Of a DNA stretch of 30,885 nucleotides, positions 9,499 to 16,976 are shown piece after piece. Source of the stretch: a virus (Duplodnaviria; Caudoviricetes); IMG/VR virus record IMGVR_UViG_3300044724_001531, positions 1-30,885 of that record. One strand, 5' to 3'. A program made the position numbers and the translations under genes. How positions within the stretch are numbered: the stretch's first letter is position 1; each line of letters starts with the position of its first letter. The notes beneath the pieces are model-generated. The model did not search any database and was not told the origin of the DNA. It saw only the letters and a list, made by a program, of their open reading frames with translations.

Positions 9499-10470
9499 GT
9501 GGAAAATGCGACTACTATTGAGGAAGCAGTAAGCCTAATTACTGAACCGACTGAAGCCCCAGAAGCCGAGGCACCTGTTGAGCAGGCAGCCGAAGCAGAA
9601 GAGGTTGAGGTTATTGATGAACCAACTGAAGCAGAAGAGCCAACTCAAGAGTTTGAGAGCGATGATGACGATGTTGATTTAGATGACGTTGAATTAGATA
9701 CCACTCCAGAGATTGAAGCGACTGAGGAAACCAATTTCATCCCCGTTAAAGTAAACGGCAAAGAAGAAATGTGGACACTGGATCAGTTGAAACAGTCGGC
9801 TGCGGGTCAGGGTTACATCAATCAACGCATGCAAGAAGTTGCGCAACTTGAAAAGCAAAACAAGGCACAAGCGCAACAATTAGCTGAGCAGCGACAGCAA
9901 TTCCTGCAGCTGCAACAGACGACACAACAAATTGGTATGACGCCACCAAAACCTCCATCTAAGGAAATGTTCGATAGTGACCCCATTGGTTATATGGAAG
10001 CTAAAATGAACTATGATGAGCAAGTAGGGCAGTATAACCAACGTGTTGCACAAATAAAGCAACTACAGCAGCAGCAAAATGCAGCAGCTCAACAGCAGCG
10101 GGAAACCTACCTGCAAGAGCAAGCTAAACTTTTGCAGCAGCACATCCCTGAGATTGCCGATCCTGAAAAGGGCGACAAGCTCAAGGCTGACTTGATAAAA
10201 ACTGGGTCACATTACGGATTTACTGAACAAGAAATTCAAGGTGTGACTGATGCGCGTTATGTGCGTGCATTGAACGATGCAATGAAATGGCGTCGTTTGC
10301 AGGACAAGAAGTTGCAAGCAACCAAGGGCGAAGCCCCTAAGACTGTTGTGAAGGCTGGCGCTAAGCGTCGTGCAGGAGATGGTGAAGCTGCGGCTCGCAA
10401 GAAGCAGCAAGCTAAGCTGCGTAAATCTGGTCGGATTGAGGACGCCCTCAGTCTAATGATGAAGCCTTAA
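9499..10470 (+). CDS. Capsid scaffolding protein
   Basis: GTG start with SD AAGGA; very acidic N-terminus, VKVNGKEE motif, Q-rich coiled coil, basic C-terminus ending LRKSGRIEDA; directly upstream of the major capsid gene. Confidence 0.88.
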   Translation: MENATTIEEAVSLITEPTEAPEAEAPVEQAAEAEEVEVIDEPTEAEEPTQEFESDDDDVDLDDVELDTTPEIEATEETNFIPVKVNGKEEMWTLDQLKQSAAGQGYINQRMQEVAQLEKQNKAQAQQLAEQRQQFLQLQQTTQQIGMTPPKPPSKEMFDSDPIGYMEAKMNYDEQVGQYNQRVAQIKQLQQQQNAAAQQQRETYLQEQAKLLQQHIPEIADPEKGDKLKADLIKTGSHYGFTEQEIQGVTDARYVRALNDAMKWRRLQDKKLQATKGEAPKTVVKAGAKRRAGDGEAAARKKQQAKLRKSGRIEDALSLMMKP

Positions 10471-10486
10471 ACTGGAGTAAGAAACC

Positions 10487-11443
10487 ATGGCACAACCAAC
10501 CAACACATTTGACAGCTACGATGCTGTCGGCATCCGTGAGGATTTGAGTGATATCATCACCAACATCTCACCAGAAGAAACACCGTTCTACACGAAGTGT
10601 CGCAAAACATCTGCGTCAAACACTTTGGTTGAATGGCAAACTGATGCGTTGCGTTCAAGCGCAGCAAACGCGCATATCGAAGGTGACGATACAGTTGCAG
10701 ATGCGGCGACAGCTACATCACGCCTAAACAACCGAACCCAAATTTTTAAGAATGCTGTAACTGTTCCAGATACAGATGAAGGTTTGGACAAAGCGGGTCG
10801 TGCGCAAGAAATTGCGTATCAGACACTGAAGATCGCCAAAGAGCAAAAGCTTGACATCGAGAAAGCACTTTTCGACAACAACGCAAAAGTTGCGGGTTCT
10901 GCAACTGTTGCGCGTGAGCTTGCTGGTGCGCCTGCATGGTTGACATCAAACACAGACTTTGGTGCTAACGAAGGTGCAGACCCAACTGGTGACGGCACAG
11001 ACGCTCGTACAGACGAAACAACAACATTGATCGCGTTCTCACAAGCACGCTTTGATGGTGTTATGCAGTCTATCTGGGAAAACGGTGGCAATCCTGACAC
11101 TGTATACCTATCAGCATTCCAAATGAATGTTGCGCTAGGTTTCACAGGTAACAACAACCAGCGTTCATCAGTGCAAGCTGGCGACGAGCGTGTTGTTAAG
11201 TCACTTGCAGTGTATGTAACTCCTTGGGGAACTATTGAGTTCATGCCTTCTCGTGAGAACCGTTCTCGTGACGTCTTCATCATGCAAGACGACATGTGGG
11301 AAGTTGCAACATTGCGTCCAACTAAAAACATTGAGTTGGCGAAAACTGGTGACGCAACAAAACGCCAAGTTGTCACAGAACTTACACTGTGCGCGAAGAA
11401 CGAAGCTGCAAACGGCGGCGTGTTTGATAACACAACATCATAA
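10487..11443 (+). CDS. Major capsid protein (DUF5309 / SU10-like family)
   Basis: SD GGAG; motifs GIREDLSDIITNISPEETPF, EWQTD, NRTQIFK and ELAKTGDA; followed by an intrinsic terminator. Confidence 0.92.
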   Translation: MAQPTNTFDSYDAVGIREDLSDIITNISPEETPFYTKCRKTSASNTLVEWQTDALRSSAANAHIEGDDTVADAATATSRLNNRTQIFKNAVTVPDTDEGLDKAGRAQEIAYQTLKIAKEQKLDIEKALFDNNAKVAGSATVARELAGAPAWLTSNTDFGANEGADPTGDGTDARTDETTTLIAFSQARFDGVMQSIWENGGNPDTVYLSAFQMNVALGFTGNNNQRSSVQAGDERVVKSLAVYVTPWGTIEFMPSRENRSRDVFIMQDDMWEVATLRPTKNIELAKTGDATKRQVVTELTLCAKNEAANGGVFDNTTS

Positions 11444-11458
11444 CGTCATAACGTTATT

Positions 11459-11484
11459 AGAGGGGCTTAGCGGCCCCTCTTTTT
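11459..11484 (+). terminator. Intrinsic terminator after the major capsid gene
   Basis: AGAGGGGC-ttagcg-GCCCCTCT followed by TTTT. Confidence 0.85.
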
Positions 11485-11497
11485 AAAGGAGATTGCA

Positions 11498-11791
11498 ATG
11501 AGAGTTTTAGTTAAGTACCGCAGCATGTCCACATGTGCGGGTCGTGTTAAAAACGGTGATATTGTTGATCTGCCAGAAGCAGAAATAAAACGCATTTTAA
11601 CAACTAAGCCAAATGCACTTGAAATTTTGCCAGAATTACCGACTGAAAAGCCTACGCCTAAGAAACCTGCAGCGAAGAAAGCACCAGCGAAGCGCAAGCG
11701 TGCGCGTAAGGCAGACGGTACGCTAAAGGCTGATGATCCATCCACACCAGATATCAATGAGGCATGGGAAGATGGCAAACACCTCAACTAA
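11498..11791 (+). CDS. Hypothetical basic protein
   Basis: SD AAGGAG; K/P/A-rich linker and C-terminal RARKADGTLKADDPSTPDINEAW motif. Confidence 0.75.
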   Translation: MRVLVKYRSMSTCAGRVKNGDIVDLPEAEIKRILTTKPNALEILPELPTEKPTPKKPAAKKAPAKRKRARKADGTLKADDPSTPDINEAWEDGKHLN

Positions 11792-12074
11792 AATCAAAGA
11801 AAAAATATACGTTGATGGCGATCAAATCATTGTTAAGAAGACGCATGACGCAACAGTAGCTCTAAAAGACGCCGAGTATGCTCGGCAACGCACAGAGAAC
11901 TCGTTTGCTTCCGATTACAAGCATGTCGGCAACGTGGACATGGCTATGCTAAATATTTGGCTAAAAGAGGCTGGAGTAGCATGGACAGATACACAAGCAG
12001 TAAAAGATGTGCTAAAAAGGAAGTTAATGAGTAACGAGTTCAAAAGCCTGCGCGTGTGGGAAGGTAGCTACTGA
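11772..12074 (+). CDS. Conserved hypothetical phage protein
   Basis: MANTSTKIKE... start at 11772 preferred over 11733; ends LRVWEGSY with TGATG coupling to the next gene. Confidence 0.7.
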   Translation: MANTSTKIKEKIYVDGDQIIVKKTHDATVALKDAEYARQRTENSFASDYKHVGNVDMAMLNIWLKEAGVAWTDTQAVKDVLKRKLMSNEFKSLRVWEGSY

Positions 12075-12310
12075 TGGAAGTGAACTTTGAGATGATAAAT
12101 GCTGTGATGCAGTGGATCGTTTTGCCGATTGCTGGGGTTGTTGTTTATATGTTCAATAAGCAAAATCAGCATCACACTGACATAGCAGTTCTCAAGTCAC
12201 TTCAAGAGGCCACTAAGACATCACATGATCGTGAGATGAAAGAGATGAAAACTACAATCGCTGCAATATTCACAAAGCTCGACAATATCGAGCAGGCTTT
12301 GCGCAAATAA
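12074..12310 (+). CDS. Membrane-anchored coiled-coil protein (lysis module)
   Basis: N-terminal TM segment WIVLPIAGVVVYMF followed by an amphipathic helix. Confidence 0.7.
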   Translation: MEVNFEMINAVMQWIVLPIAGVVVYMFNKQNQHHTDIAVLKSLQEATKTSHDREMKEMKTTIAAIFTKLDNIEQALRK

Positions 12311-12322
12311 ATACGCAAACAG

Positions 12323-12463
12323 ATGGATCAAAAAGCAATCATATCAGTGCTTTTTGCAGCGGTCATGGGCCTAATAGGGTGGAACATTAAGACCACTAAC
12401 GAATTACAATTATCAGTGCAAAGGCTGGAGATTATTCTGCTGAATGATGCTCTTGTGAAATGA
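12323..12463 (+). CDS. Small membrane protein, 46 aa (not in ORF track)
   Basis: Translated by hand: MDQKAIISVLFAAVMGLIGWNIKTTNELQLSVQRLEIILLNDALVK*; fills the gap and stops 1 nt before the next ATG. Confidence 0.7.
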   Translation: MDQKAIISVLFAAVMGLIGWNIKTTNELQLSVQRLEIILLNDALVK

Positions 12464-12464
12464 C

Positions 12465-12932
12465 ATGGCTATACTTGAGAGCATTGCCGCTGCGAACGCC
12501 GCTTATTCGGTTATCAAAACTGCTCTTGGTAATGGTAAAGAGACTGCGGGCCTTATCGGCGCAGTGGGTAAGTTTCTTTCTGCGGAAGAAGATGTAAAAG
12601 AAGCCGTACAGAAAAAGAAGAACAGTCCTTTCACAGCTATCGCTGGTGGCGCAGAGGGCGATTGGGAAGAGTTCCAAGCATTAGAACAAATACGCCAGAA
12701 ACGCGCTGAACTCGAAAGCTATGTAAGACTATACTGCGAGCCAGGCACATGGCAACGCTGGCAGCAGTGGCAGCTAGAAGCTCGCAAGCAAAGGCAAGCT
12801 GCAAAGAGGGCTGCGCATGAAGCCCACCAGAAAAAGATGGAAATTATCGGTTATGCTGTCGCTGGGCTAGTCGCCTTTTGTGGCGTAATTTTGGCAATTT
12901 ACTATTTAGGTGTATACATGGGGAAGTGGTAA
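12465..12932 (+). CDS. Hypothetical protein with C-terminal transmembrane helix
   Basis: 155 aa, helical; C-terminal IIGYAVAGLVAFCGVILAIYYLG. Confidence 0.75.
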   Translation: MAILESIAAANAAYSVIKTALGNGKETAGLIGAVGKFLSAEEDVKEAVQKKKNSPFTAIAGGAEGDWEEFQALEQIRQKRAELESYVRLYCEPGTWQRWQQWQLEARKQRQAAKRAAHEAHQKKMEIIGYAVAGLVAFCGVILAIYYLGVYMGKW

Positions 12933-13024
12933 ACAAATATGTGGTGTATGACAGAGATGGAAAGGTCGTCATAATCACCAGCAATAAGAGGATTGCAGAC
13001 AAATATGCCAGCAACAATAATTGA
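12926..13024 (+). CDS. Small hypothetical protein, 32 aa (not in ORF track)
   Basis: GTG start; MVNKYVVYDRDGKVVIITSNKRIADKYASNNN*; overlaps both neighbours and fills the gap; beta-hairpin-like pattern. Confidence 0.5.
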   Translation: MVNKYVVYDRDGKVVIITSNKRIADKYASNNN

Positions 13025-13205
13025 TGATTATAAAATATTCCCACGGCTGATGATGTTAGTCGTGACAATCTTAACCTACCAAAGCGTCCACTGGTACATG
13101 TCCTTGCCTGACCCTACGAATGGCCAAGCAGGGCTTGTTAGCGTCTGTATGGGCGCACTCACAGGCTGCTTTGGTATCTGGATGAACAAGGAGGCCGCAA
13201 AATGA
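13005..13205 (+). CDS. Two-TM holin-like protein
   Basis: SD GAGGA; MPATIIDDYKIFPRLMMLVV...WYMSLPDPT.GQAGLVSVCMGALTGCFGIW; two TM segments; upstream of the endolysin. Confidence 0.7.
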   Translation: MPATIIDDYKIFPRLMMLVVTILTYQSVHWYMSLPDPTNGQAGLVSVCMGALTGCFGIWMNKEAAK

Positions 13206-13591
13206 TCCAAGCATTAATAGGCCCACTGACAGAGCTGGCAGGCGGCTGGCTAAAGGGCAAAGCAGATGCGCAAGCTGCGGCTGCTAATCTGAAGCTCGTT
13301 GAGGCAGAAGCCAAGGCGACAATAATGAAGTCGGCAGCTACGTCAGAGGCCGAATGGGAAAAGATTATGGCGCAGGGCAGTCAGTCGTCATGGAAAGACG
13401 AATGGCTGACTATACTGTTCTCTGTGCCGCTTGTGCTGTGCTTTACAGGCGAGTGGGGGCGTCAGACAGTCTCAGATGGCTTTGCCGCGCTAGAAAGTAT
13501 GCCTGAGTGGTATCAGTATACGTTGGGCGTGATCGTAGCTGCCTCGTTTGGTGTACGATCAGCAACTAAGTTTTTCGGAGGGAAAAAATGA
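13202..13591 (+). CDS. Holin (3TM holin-like)
   Basis: ATGA overlap; SSWKDEWLTILFSVP and MPEWYQYTLGVIVAASFGVR motifs, basic C-terminus; adjacent to the endolysin. Confidence 0.75.
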   Translation: MIQALIGPLTELAGGWLKGKADAQAAAANLKLVEAEAKATIMKSAATSEAEWEKIMAQGSQSSWKDEWLTILFSVPLVLCFTGEWGRQTVSDGFAALESMPEWYQYTLGVIVAASFGVRSATKFFGGKK

Positions 13592-14205
13592 GCGAAGCAA
13601 TGAAAACGCTGCAAGCAAAGTGTGGAGCAACGCCAGACGGCGCATTCGGCCCCAACACTGCCAAAGCGATTATGAAGCATTATGACTTTAGCCCGCTACG
13701 AGCAGCTCACATCCTTGGGCAGTGTTCGCACGAAAGCGCAGGGTTTAAGCGTACTAAAGAAAGTCTTTATTACAGTACGCCTGAGCGTATCCAGGCTGTC
13801 TGGCCTTCTCGCTTTCCGACAGTTGAGGATGCTGCGCCATATGCAAAGAATACAGCAAAGCTGGCAGGCAAGGTCTATGCAGGTCGTATGGGCAACGAAA
13901 CAGAGGAAGAGGCTGCAAAGTTTTTAGGCCGTGGTTTTATTCAGCTCACTGGCCATAACAACTATAAATCGTTTGCCACAGACATGCGCCTTCCAGAAGT
14001 GCTGCAAGACCCATCACTGGTTGAGAACGAATACGCATTTGAAAGCGCAATCTGGTTCTTTGACAAAAACAAGCTATGGGACATTGCCGACAAAGGCACA
14101 GATGTTGGAGTGATTGAGGATTTGACCAGACGGATCAATGGCGGCAATCACGGTCTGTATGATCGGATCGAGCAGACGCAAAAGATTTACGGCTGGCTGT
14201 CTTAA
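13588..14205 (+). CDS. Endolysin, glycoside hydrolase family 19 (chitinase-like), with short N-terminal peptidoglycan-binding motif
   Basis: DGAFGPNT motif; AAHILGQCSHESAGF; GRGFIQLTGHNNY; TRRINGG.HGL.DR. Confidence 0.92.
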   Translation: MSEAMKTLQAKCGATPDGAFGPNTAKAIMKHYDFSPLRAAHILGQCSHESAGFKRTKESLYYSTPERIQAVWPSRFPTVEDAAPYAKNTAKLAGKVYAGRMGNETEEEAAKFLGRGFIQLTGHNNYKSFATDMRLPEVLQDPSLVENEYAFESAIWFFDKNKLWDIADKGTDVGVIEDLTRRINGGNHGLYDRIEQTQKIYGWLS

Positions 14206-14209
14206 TCAA

Positions 14210-14233
14210 TGGGACCTATATAATTAACTAGCC
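14210..14233 (+). repeat. 24-bp inverted repeat, left copy
   Basis: TGGGACCTATATAATTAACTAGCC; 22/24 identical to the reverse complement of 14545-14568. Confidence 0.9.
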
Positions 14234-14239
14234 GCAATC

Positions 14240-14278
14240 AAAAAAGCAAAAGCCCCCAACACTTTCGCATCAGGGGCC
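14240..14278 (-). terminator. Intrinsic terminator ending the putative sRNA
   Basis: Minus strand GGCCCCUGAUGC-GAAA-GUGUUGGGGGCU then UUUGCUUUUUU. Confidence 0.8.
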
Positions 14279-14365
14279 TCACAGCACTAGCCAGAAACTT
14301 GCTTTCGCTTCGTCAGCCAGTGGCCCTTGGTAGGGTCTTAATGCGGATGAAACCAGAGCCGCCAC
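14240..14365 (-). ncRNA. Putative ~125-nt structured small RNA
   Basis: Lies between a near-consensus sigma70 promoter (14372-14400) and a terminator hairpin plus U-tract; three stems, two rich in G-U pairs that only form on the minus strand; no SD/ATG-led ORF seen. Confidence 0.65.
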
Positions 14366-14371
14366 ACCAAT

Positions 14372-14400
14372 AATATAGATAATCATTTGCCTTATGTCAA
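14372..14400 (-). promoter_or_regulatory. Sigma70 promoter for the putative sRNA
   Basis: Minus strand TTGACA-17 nt-TATATT. Confidence 0.8.
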
Positions 14401-14504
14401 AGGTGGTAATCCCATCCCAGCTAAAACACGCGATAAATTATTGGCCGAGTTAGCGCCACCCGTAAGTCATTGGAAATAAAATCGGAATAGTTCTTAGCCG
14501 ATAT

Positions 14505-14536
14505 AAATGAGGGCAAGTTGGCGCCGCCCTCATTTT
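14505..14536. terminator. Probable bidirectional terminator hairpin
   Basis: AAATGAGGGC-11 nt-GCCCTCATTT perfect 10-bp stem with A/T flanks. Confidence 0.7.
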
Positions 14537-14544
14537 CCTTCATT

Positions 14545-14568
14545 GGCTAGTTAAATATGTAGGTCCCA
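14545..14568 (-). repeat. 24-bp inverted repeat, right copy
   Basis: Minus strand TGGGACCTACATATTTAACTAGCC. Confidence 0.9.
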
Positions 14569-14627
14569 AATTTTGCATGCTGCACTCCTTGTGTTGGCTA
14601 GGGCCAGTCTACAAGGTTTTGCAGGGA

Positions 14628-14828
14628 TTAGCTAATGTCCATTGCGTCTGATCCGCGTTGGATCATGTCGGCATGCATATTTGAGCAGATGTTTAATAAT
14701 GCAATGTAGGCACGAACAAGTGCCTCTTGCTCTTTGTCGCCTCTCATCCAACGATCTTGCGGCAAGCCGCGCTCTGCTCGTTCAACAATCTTGGCTGCGA
14801 TTGTAAAATACTCTGGTATGTCACTCAT
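14628..14828 (-). CDS. Hypothetical protein
   Basis: MSDIPEYFTIAAKIVERAERG...; ATG 14828 with SD GGGAG, overlapping the upstream stop. Confidence 0.65.
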   Translation of the reverse strand: MSDIPEYFTIAAKIVERAERGLPQDRWMRGDKEQEALVRAYIALLNICSNMHADMIQRGSDAMDIS

Positions 14829-15174
14829 CTTTTTCTCCCTCTCTTTCAGTCCAATGATAGATGCGATGGCAGTTGGCGCAAAGCGGAATGCATTTGTTGG
14901 CCTCTTCATATGCTTTCTTAATGCTCCCTCGCTGTAAAAGTTCACTAACCTTCTTATCGCCTGATGCGTCTGGGTGGTGGAAGTCTATAACTGCTGGGTG
15001 CTGTATTCCACAAAAAAAGCAGGCCAAGCCTGCTTTGTATTCTTGAAACTTATCGCGCTGTTCTTTCTTTCGCTTTTTCGTGCGCTCAAGAGTTTTCTCA
15101 CGGTTCCGCTGATACCATTCAGCGCCGTACTCTTTCGCATGTTGTGCGCGCTTATCCTTGTCCTTGTAGGGCAA
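14821..15174 (-). CDS. HNH endonuclease-like protein
   Basis: TTG start with SD GAGGAG; basic N-terminal helix, CxxC...IDFHH...KCIPLCANCHRIYH zinc-binding HNH motif. Confidence 0.85.
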   Translation of the reverse strand: MPYKDKDKRAQHAKEYGAEWYQRNREKTLERTKKRKKEQRDKFQEYKAGLACFFCGIQHPAVIDFHHPDASGDKKVSELLQRGSIKKAYEEANKCIPLCANCHRIYHWTEREGEKDE

Positions 15175-15219
15175 GGGCGGCTCCTCTTGTGTTGGCTAAT
15201 TAAGAGCATACCACAAAAG

Positions 15220-15438
15220 TCACTGGTTAGGGCGTAGCTTAGGCCGTATAGACTGCGACAATTTGTCAGTCTTAATGCACCACATATTAACGTCACCGTC
15301 TGCGTACATGTATTCCGACATGTCCTCATTGTCGCGGATCATAACCTGACACGCTTCATATGAGGGCAGCAGTATATACGACTGTATATCCATGTCGCGC
15401 ACGGTGTATTCAATGTAAAACGCGGTAAAAAATTCCAT
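15220..15438 (-). CDS. Hypothetical protein
   Basis: MEFFTAFYIEY...PSYEACQ...MWC...SIRPKLRP; SD GGGAG before ATG 15438. Confidence 0.7.
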   Translation of the reverse strand: MEFFTAFYIEYTVRDMDIQSYILLPSYEACQVMIRDNEDMSEYMYADGDVNMWCIKTDKLSQSIRPKLRPNQ

Positions 15439-15555
15439 TGTACTCACTCCCTGTTTTGCTAAATTGTCGCGGTGGGCCGTGGTGCGCAATCAATTCGGTT
15501 TTGTTGGTTGCTACCTTTCCGCTTGTATCCCGACACTACAGCACGGCCCACACGA

Positions 15556-15981
15556 TCAGTTCCTAACCTTCTGATGAAACACCAGATCGGTCACTGGGCG
15601 AGGCAGCTTGAACCGCTCGATTGTCGCGGAAACTTGCACCTCTGTGAGCTGCAACACATCCATGATCTGCTCGGCAGTCAGGCCGTAGTTCAGCATCTTG
15701 TTGATCTGAATGCCACGCGGCGTACACTTCACCTTGTCTTTCAAGGCTTTGTTTGCTCGGGCGATTGCAAGCTCTTGGCTGATCTTGCTGCGCTGCATCA
15801 AGTTTCCAGTGTTGCTCGTATTGATTTGGCGCTCTTGCTTTAGCGCCTTTAGTTTCATCATCATTGCTATTTCATCTTGCGTTGGGTCACGCTCAAATGC
15901 CTTTCTAAAGTTGTCTAGGCTTATGTCTACGTTATCCATGTTAATGCTGTTGCGTCTATTCACACTAACTGTGTTCACCAT
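15556..15981 (-). CDS. Hypothetical protein with probable C-terminal helix-turn-helix
   Basis: GLTAEQIMDVLQLTEVQVSATIERFKL resembles an HTH; TAATG coupling. Confidence 0.65.
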   Translation of the reverse strand: MVNTVSVNRRNSINMDNVDISLDNFRKAFERDPTQDEIAMMMKLKALKQERQINTSNTGNLMQRSKISQELAIARANKALKDKVKCTPRGIQINKMLNYGLTAEQIMDVLQLTEVQVSATIERFKLPRPVTDLVFHQKVRN

Positions 15982-16154
15982 TAGATCGGCGCTCCTGTCA
16001 CGTCTGCTCGTTCTCTTTTCATCGTATCAACGATATGCTCTGCGGATGCTTGTATTGCATCAATATGCACTGCTGAAGCTGTTGGGTTTACTCTTGCGGC
16101 TTTGCAGTGCTTTACGATTTGCTCCAAATACTTTGCGATTTGGTTGTCTGTCAT
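15981..16154 (-). CDS. Hypothetical protein
   Basis: MTDNQIAKYLEQIVKHC...; SD AGGAG and TAATG coupling at 16154. Confidence 0.65.
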   Translation of the reverse strand: MTDNQIAKYLEQIVKHCKAARVNPTASAVHIDAIQASAEHIVDTMKRERADVTGAPI

Positions 16155-16252
16155 TACCAAACTCCTAATACGACACCAATGATCCAACCTAATACGGCAG
16201 CGCCTGTGCCGCAAATTATAACGTAATCTTGCCAATCAGTTTTCATTTTCAT
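16154..16252 (-). CDS. Small single-TM peptide, 32 aa (not in ORF track)
   Basis: MKMKTDWQDYVIICGTGAAVLGWIIGVVLGVW*; ATGA overlap upstream and TAATG overlap downstream. Confidence 0.65.
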   Translation of the reverse strand: MKMKTDWQDYVIICGTGAAVLGWIIGVVLGVW

Positions 16253-16644
16253 TCCTTCCAAAACTTTATCGTAATTTCGTCACCGTCTTCCTCATACGAG
16301 ACTTTTTCATTTACCCAAGCGAAGTCTTCACTTGTCTCAATGCTAAAGTATTCGATTGGGAGACTGCGGCTAATGTGTGTATTCATGTCAGAGGTCAAAA
16401 CAGATGCTATAACATCCAACTTGCCATCCTTTAGATGCAGAGCAACTCGCAAATCAGTTAAAGCCTCAAGCAAGCCCAAGTGAAAAGCATCGTCATGCGA
16501 TTTTTTCAGGCAATCGTCCAAGTCATCAGAAGTGAAGTCTCTACCTGTTTCTGATATACTCTGAGCATGCTCAATCAATTTGTTATGATGGCGGTCAACA
16601 TCTACATCTTTGTCAATTACAATTTCAGCCTGCTTTACGCGCAT
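16249..16644 (-). CDS. Hypothetical acidic protein
   Basis: MRVKQAEIVID...; SD GGGAG before ATG 16644. Confidence 0.65.
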   Translation of the reverse strand: MRVKQAEIVIDKDVDVDRHHNKLIEHAQSISETGRDFTSDDLDDCLKKSHDDAFHLGLLEALTDLRVALHLKDGKLDVIASVLTSDMNTHISRSLPIEYFSIETSEDFAWVNEKVSYEEDGDEITIKFWKE

Positions 16645-16855
16645 TTTCCAACTCCCTAATTTTCTTTTCATGCTCTGCGATGCGCTCTTCGGACTTCCAG
16701 ACCGACATATCAAACGCAGCCAGATCGGCGCTGATGTTGCTCGATCTGACGCCTGCCTCTAGGTTGCGCATGCGCTGCTGGGCTGCGCGTTGCTTGTTTA
16801 TGAACGCTTGTTCAGTTGCGATTTGAAATTCTAGCTCTTCTTTTGTCATGTCCAT
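16625..16855 (-). CDS. Hypothetical coiled-coil protein, first gene of the leftward operon
   Basis: SD AAGGA; heptad-like pattern. Confidence 0.7.
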   Translation of the reverse strand: MDMTKEELEFQIATEQAFINKQRAAQQRMRNLEAGVRSSNISADLAAFDMSVWKSEERIAEHEKKIRELENARKAG

Positions 16856-16873
16856 TTCCTTTCTGATGCATCA

Positions 16874-16963
16874 TTGCTAGCAAACTTAAATCAGAATTGC
16901 TAGCAAAAAATTAACTATTGCAATAAAAAGTTGCTAGCACTATTACTAGGTAGAAGCTAGCAA
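16874..16963. promoter_or_regulatory. Divergent control region with four palindromic operators (TTGCTAGCAA consensus) and a rightward promoter
   Basis: TTGCTAGCAA at 16874 and 16897, TTGCTAGCAC at 16931, AAGCTAGCAA at 16954 (two pairs, each 23 bp apart); TTGCAA(16918)-17 nt-TATTAC. Confidence 0.8.
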
Positions 16964-16976
16964 CACTGGGGAAACC

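Noticed and set aside
10819-11433. Long minus-strand ORFs over structural genes (also 5124-5672, 6003-6461, 8882-9406, 25996-26487)
   Set aside because: Antisense shadows of well-supported + strand genes with no recognisable motifs or RBS
11235-11486. Alternative-frame ORF past the capsid stop, considered as a frameshift extension
   Set aside because: It would add only about 14 residues running into the terminator, and no slippery heptamer is visible
14290-14320. CUGACGA...GAAA in the putative sRNA, resembling a hammerhead ribozyme core
   Set aside because: Only 3 nt separate the two motifs, so there is no stem II, and I could not build stems I and III with an NUH site
14402-14503. Additional minus-strand hairpins upstream of the sRNA promoter, considered as a separate RNA gene
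   Set aside because: The fold is plausible but no promoter was found and the stems are short, so it is not supportable as a feature
14206-14627. Possible tRNA or tRNA-type attP in the convergence zone
   Set aside because: No cloverleaf, T-loop (GTTCRA) or CCA-ended acceptor stem found, and no integrase in the window
15495-15530. Possible pairing between the sRNA loop (UCCGC, CUACC) and the leftward leader loop (GCGGA, GGUAG)
   Set aside because: The matches are only 5 nt each and in the wrong order for antiparallel pairing
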